DNA of 64,000 nucleotides from Gammaproteobacteria bacterium (GTDB lineage: Bacteria; Pseudomonadota; Gammaproteobacteria; Eutrophobiales; Eutrophobiaceae): contig CBDCTH010000012.1 of NCBI GenBank assembly GCA_965222155.1, positions 2,080,001-2,144,000 of the forward strand, written 5' to 3'. Positions 60,042 through 64,000 of this stretch are shown in pieces (position 1 is the stretch's first letter; each line of letters opens with the position of its first letter). The notes below the pieces were generated by a model that made no database searches, was not told the origin of the DNA, and saw only the letters and a program-made list of their open reading frames with translations. The translations under genes and the position numbers were made by a program.

Positions 60042-60807
60042 TCACCGGCAGGATGAATATGTCGGGTGGAAGCTGCTTCCTGGCAATTTTCAATCCCTGG
60101 CGGATATAGTTGCGATACTCAGCAGAATCCAGCGGTACCCATTCCCTGTTTTCCTGATCCCATACACCGTTCTCTTTGCCGTCGTCGGTCTGATATACCA
60201 GCACAAGACGACCGAAACGCAAAACGTTCACCGGTCGTTCCTGGCCATTGACTTCGATTACTTCGCTGTATTCATCCAGGTCACCGCCGTAACTCGTCTC
60301 GATACGGTAGGCTTCAAGCACCAGGCGTAGCTTTTCAGCTGCGCTGATTCCGGCATCGCCGATATATTTTTTCACGTCCTCTACCCTTTTGCGGCGTTCT
60401 TCCATGTGAAAGGGGCGGTCAAGTTCGACAAACTGCTCCAGGGCGTTTGCCATTCTGAGCATAAGAGGAAAAATCTGGCGTTCAACTATCGCTATTTCGT
60501 CAATGGATTCAGCAATCGTATTTTTTTCCCGGTTCTGATCATCAACCTGTTTCTGCAATAGCGCGTTATAAACCTTGAGTCCGTCAATGACTTTCAGTTC
60601 ACGCCGATGCTTTGAGACCAGTTTCTCCGTATCACTCGCCGTTGTGTCGATACGTTTCTGTGACTCTACAGCATCCTGGTTACGGGCAAGGCCCTCATCC
60701 ACTACCTTGTCAATCTTGTCCTGGCTATAACTGATCGAATTGAATCCGAATATAAGACCCAACATTAATAACTTCCTGAAAGTTACTAATATTTTCATAG
60801 TACCCAT
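60028..60807 (-). CDS. DUF3450 family protein (TtpB-like)
   Basis: Signal peptide, coiled coil, LEQFVELD.PF, AEKLR.VLEAY, LRFGR; heads the TonB2-type operon. Confidence 0.85.
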   Translation of the reverse strand: MGTMKILVTFRKLLMLGLIFGFNSISYSQDKIDKVVDEGLARNQDAVESQKRIDTTASDTEKLVSKHRRELKVIDGLKVYNALLQKQVDDQNREKNTIAESIDEIAIVERQIFPLMLRMANALEQFVELDRPFHMEERRKRVEDVKKYIGDAGISAAEKLRLVLEAYRIETSYGGDLDEYSEVIEVNGQERPVNVLRFGRLVLVYQTDDGKENGVWDQENREWVPLDSAEYRNYIRQGLKIARKQLPPDIFILPVSAAQ

Positions 60808-61200
60808 AAGGAAATAACCTCCCCGCGCTGATTATATTAGGCAAATCTCAAAAATCCCTGCATTTGAACTGCATAATCCACTTCCGAATGATCGGCTTTT
60901 CGATATCCACACGTTGTTTTTTATTATTCTGTCCGATTTGACGAGAGTCAACCAGACAAACGGCGATTATACAACAGGAATTTATTAAATAAATATGAAA
61001 TTATGAAATTACGGATCGAAAACTGAACAAACATCATTCTATAACAACAACCGGACATGCGCAATTGTCAGCAGTGTTGTGTCAGCAGTGTTGTCCCTTC
61101 ATAAATTATTCCACGGCGTTCCCCGTCAACCGAAATCGTCTATCCTCCACCTGGTCCATGACTTCTGCTCCCTGATATCCGGCTATGAAGTTGAAATTGC

Positions 61201-62283
61201 ATGAAATCAACCGGTATGAGATTCTTTCATGCTATGACAACGCCGATACCTGAACAGATCCGTAACGTACTCGCGGCTTATGCCATCAGCCCCGTTCAAG
61301 TTCAACCGGTTGATGCCGGTCTGATCAACAAGACTTATCGGGTCTCAGACGTTGATGGTCGGGAATATATATTGCAGGCCGTAAACAGGATGTTTCCTCC
61401 TGAAGTGAACCTGGATATCGATGTGGTAACCCGCCACCTGGAGAAATCAGGCCTGTTGACTCCCAGACTGCTGCCTGACCGGAACGGTATGGTATTTTAC
61501 CGGGAAAACAGCCAAATCTGGCGGCTGTTCAATTATATCAGCGGTAATACTCATCTGCGCCTGGAACAGCCGGAAGCGGCAGAGGCGACGGGCACCATGC
61601 TCGGGCGCCTGCATGCTGCACTGGCGCTACTCGATTATGAGTTACAGACTTTACGGCCGGGCACTCATGATACGCCCCGTCATACGCAACACCTGAAGAA
61701 CACCCTGGAGAATAACAGGAGTCATACAAGATATCCGGCGATCAAACCCCTGGGGGAGACCATTCTGATGCGTTTGGAACAACTGCCGGTATTACCCGCA
61801 GTTGTCGGACAGATAGTACACGGTGACCCGAAAATATCCAATTTTATCTTCACAAGGAACGATCGGGAAGTGAAATGCATGGTGGATTTCGATACCTTTG
61901 ACAAGATGCCGGTTTACCTGGAATTGGGTGATGCCCTGCGTTCCTGGTGTAACCCGTCAGGGGAAGATACAACTGACGGGTACTTCTCAATGGCACATTG
62001 CCGCGCCGCGCTTAACGGCTACGCCCGCCATGCCCGGGAGCTGCTCACCCGGCAGGAGTGGCTCGCCATCCCGCCGGCGACACTGACAATATACCTTGAG
62101 TTAGCCGCCCGTTTCTGTGCTGACTCCTTGAATGAAGATTATTTTTCGTGGGATGCCGGGAGGTTCAGGAATCACAGTGAACACAGTGAAATCAGGGCCA
62201 GAGGTCAACTGAACGCAGCAAACTCTGTCCTGGAACAATTCGCCGAACTAACTGATGCGGTTAATATGGCATTCTGTCCCTGA
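61201..62283 (+). CDS. Aminoglycoside phosphotransferase / kinase-like protein
   Basis: GLINKTY, HGDPKISN, VDFDT, ELGDALRS. Confidence 0.87.
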   Translation: MKSTGMRFFHAMTTPIPEQIRNVLAAYAISPVQVQPVDAGLINKTYRVSDVDGREYILQAVNRMFPPEVNLDIDVVTRHLEKSGLLTPRLLPDRNGMVFYRENSQIWRLFNYISGNTHLRLEQPEAAEATGTMLGRLHAALALLDYELQTLRPGTHDTPRHTQHLKNTLENNRSHTRYPAIKPLGETILMRLEQLPVLPAVVGQIVHGDPKISNFIFTRNDREVKCMVDFDTFDKMPVYLELGDALRSWCNPSGEDTTDGYFSMAHCRAALNGYARHARELLTRQEWLAIPPATLTIYLELAARFCADSLNEDYFSWDAGRFRNHSEHSEIRARGQLNAANSVLEQFAELTDAVNMAFCP

Positions 62284-62574
62284 CCACATTTCGGGAATTT
62301 CAGCAGGTTTACGCGTGTGCGCCGGGCAAAATCTCCTGCGCTATACAGCACCTGAAGTTGGACATGAGAATTGACAGCCGTAGTTATCTGGTTTAACCTG
62401 ATTAAGGTTGAATACCGTAACCGGAATCTTAATGGATGATTTTGGAAGTAAACCTGCAAACGGAAACGTCTGAATTAGACTTTATGGAATTAGAACTGCG
62501 ATGGAACGTCTTGCATCATTTTTGACCGCGGCCCTGTTATATCTGTCAACAACCCATTCCCCATTTCGGCTGTA

Positions 62575-64000
62575 ATGGAATACATCCTGCGCCATCCGGC
62601 CAATCATAAACAGCGTTATCTTTGCTCCTGGTGTGGGGCGTCGCTGGAATCACAATGTGGCTGCCGTGCTTCAGACAGGGAATCGAAATCCCGACTTTGC
62701 GATAACTGTCATTGCCCGTTACCCGGAATGGTGCGGGATGAAAACACTCGTTACAGCCAGATTACCAATTCCGGACCGGACCAGGATATTGATCCCATCA
62801 ACCGGGTTGAACGCCGTTATCTCACCATCATGTTCTGTGACCTGGTTAATTCAACACGCCTGTCCACAAGACTGGATCCGGAAGAGATGCTGCAAATTAT
62901 CCAGGCCTACAGGAACCTCTGCGTTGCAATAATTGAAAAATACGACGGATTCGCAGCAGGCCACATGGGTGACGGTGTCATGAGTTATTTCGGTTACCCC
63001 CAGGCCCATGAAGATGATGCAGAGCGTGCAGTATACGCGGCTCTGGATTTGCTTGCTTCGATTAAAACCGGGGAAACCCGACTGGGGGATGGGAACGGGA
63101 ACAGGAATTCCATCAGGATAGGGATTGCATCAGGATTAGTCGTGGTGGGAAACCCAATCGGGACCGGTGCTGTAGCGCAGGAAACCGTAATCGGAGAAGC
63201 ACCCAACCTGGCCGCAAGATTACAAACACTGGCGCAACCCGATTCGGTAATCGTGAGTAGCGAAACCCGCAATCTCATACAAAATCGGTTCAGAGTGAAA
63301 AATATCGGTATGCATCCATTAGCGGGATTCAAAAAAACACAAATGCTATGGCAGGTAGTTAATGCAACCGATATGGAGAAGCGCCTGCACGCCACCCGGC
63401 ATATCAACCGGACAGGACTGCCAGTCAGAAGCAGAGAATTTAAACGCATCATCCGACAATGGAAACTGGCCCGGCGCAGGGATGGCCGGGTAGTGCTGGT
63501 TTGCGGTGAGACAGGTATAGGAAAATCAACACTGCTGGAGACATTGCGCATGTATGTCTCCAGGGAAAGACGCAACCAGTTCATTTTCCGCTGCTCACCC
63601 ATACACACAAACGGCAACTCGTACCCTGGTCATGCACAAATACAGGCTTCAGCCGGATTGACCCCCTGGGATGCTGCTGCAGAGAAAAAAATTACCGGCA
63701 ACCAGGTTGAAACAGAACCGTGTCTGATCATCCTCGAAGACGCGCACTGGATAGATCCCATGTCACTGGAACGGCTCAATGAACTGATACCGCAGGTACG
63801 GGGTAAGCCGATACTCCTGGCAATATCATATCGGATTCATTTCAAACCACCCGCGTTGTGGTTTGAACAGGATCACGTGAAAAAAATCTCTCTGGCGCCG
63901 CTTAACCGACCTGCCGCAGAGTTATTCATTCGCCAGCTTATCGGAAATAGACAAATTCCAGCCCGCCTTATGTCTCGAATCGTTGCCGGAGCTGACGGAA
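62575..64000 (+). CDS. Class III adenylate/guanylate cyclase with N-terminal zinc ribbon and AAA ATPase domain (3' truncated by window edge)
   Basis: Manual translation: CSWC..CDNC, ERRYLTIMFCDLV, GDG..YFGYP.AHEDDAERA, PNLAARLQ, GETGIGKST, LEDAHW; open to the window end. Confidence 0.9.
   Translation, partial: MEYILRHPANHKQRYLCSWCGASLESQCGCRASDRESKSRLCDNCHCPLPGMVRDENTRYSQITNSGPDQDIDPINRVERRYLTIMFCDLVNSTRLSTRLDPEEMLQIIQAYRNLCVAIIEKYDGFAAGHMGDGVMSYFGYPQAHEDDAERAVYAALDLLASIKTGETRLGDGNGNRNSIRIGIASGLVVVGNPIGTGAVAQETVIGEAPNLAARLQTLAQPDSVIVSSETRNLIQNRFRVKNIGMHPLAGFKKTQMLWQVVNATDMEKRLHATRHINRTGLPVRSREFKRIIRQWKLARRRDGRVVLVCGETGIGKSTLLETLRMYVSRERRNQFIFRCSPIHTNGNSYPGHAQIQASAGLTPWDAAAEKKITGNQVETEPCLIILEDAHWIDPMSLERLNELIPQVRGKPILLAISYRIHFKPPALWFEQDHVKKISLAPLNRPAAELFIRQLIGNRQIPARLMSRIVAGADG

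Noticed and set aside
61067-61094. Tandem duplication 2 x GTCAGCAGTGTTGT
   Set aside because: A simple intergenic slippage duplication with no supportable function

Overview
A 64 kb chromosomal segment from a gammaproteobacterium, judged by gene order and sequence. The housekeeping backbone is purL (3' part), msrPQ, smr, leuU-secG-tpiA, rluB-scpBA-trpS-yciO, yciB-bolA-dam, gmk-rpoZ-spoT-recG-ubiA, coaX-birA, cysH/cysB/tauE, ETF-QO and a six-gene TonB2-type system. Accessory material: (i) a ~7 kb integrase-less island downstream of tRNA-Leu(GAG) with RelE/HigA, HipBA (with a 30-bp-phased operator array), an orphan HicB, IS, TonB-receptor and sulfatase remnants, and an uncharacterised small-protein + Pol-beta nucleotidyltransferase pair; (ii) an AraC-TonB receptor-hydrolase-M14 peptidase uptake locus; (iii) a ~14 kb purine salvage/catabolism cluster (CBS-containing IMPDH/GMPR-like gene, twin PRTases, puuD, xdhABC, uraH, add) interrupted by a Schlafen/AlbA_2-GHKL ATPase gene with an unusual beta-sandwich C-terminus plus an XRE gene. 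The window holds at least six families of small palindromic/MITE-like elements. One sits in frame inside purL, probably another inside xdhA, and several supply stop codons. dam appears to start at a non-canonical ATA. The best candidates for a novel system are the Schlafen-GHKL-beta-sandwich/XRE pair and the NTase/small-protein pair. All family assignments come from motif recognition by eye; no searches were run.
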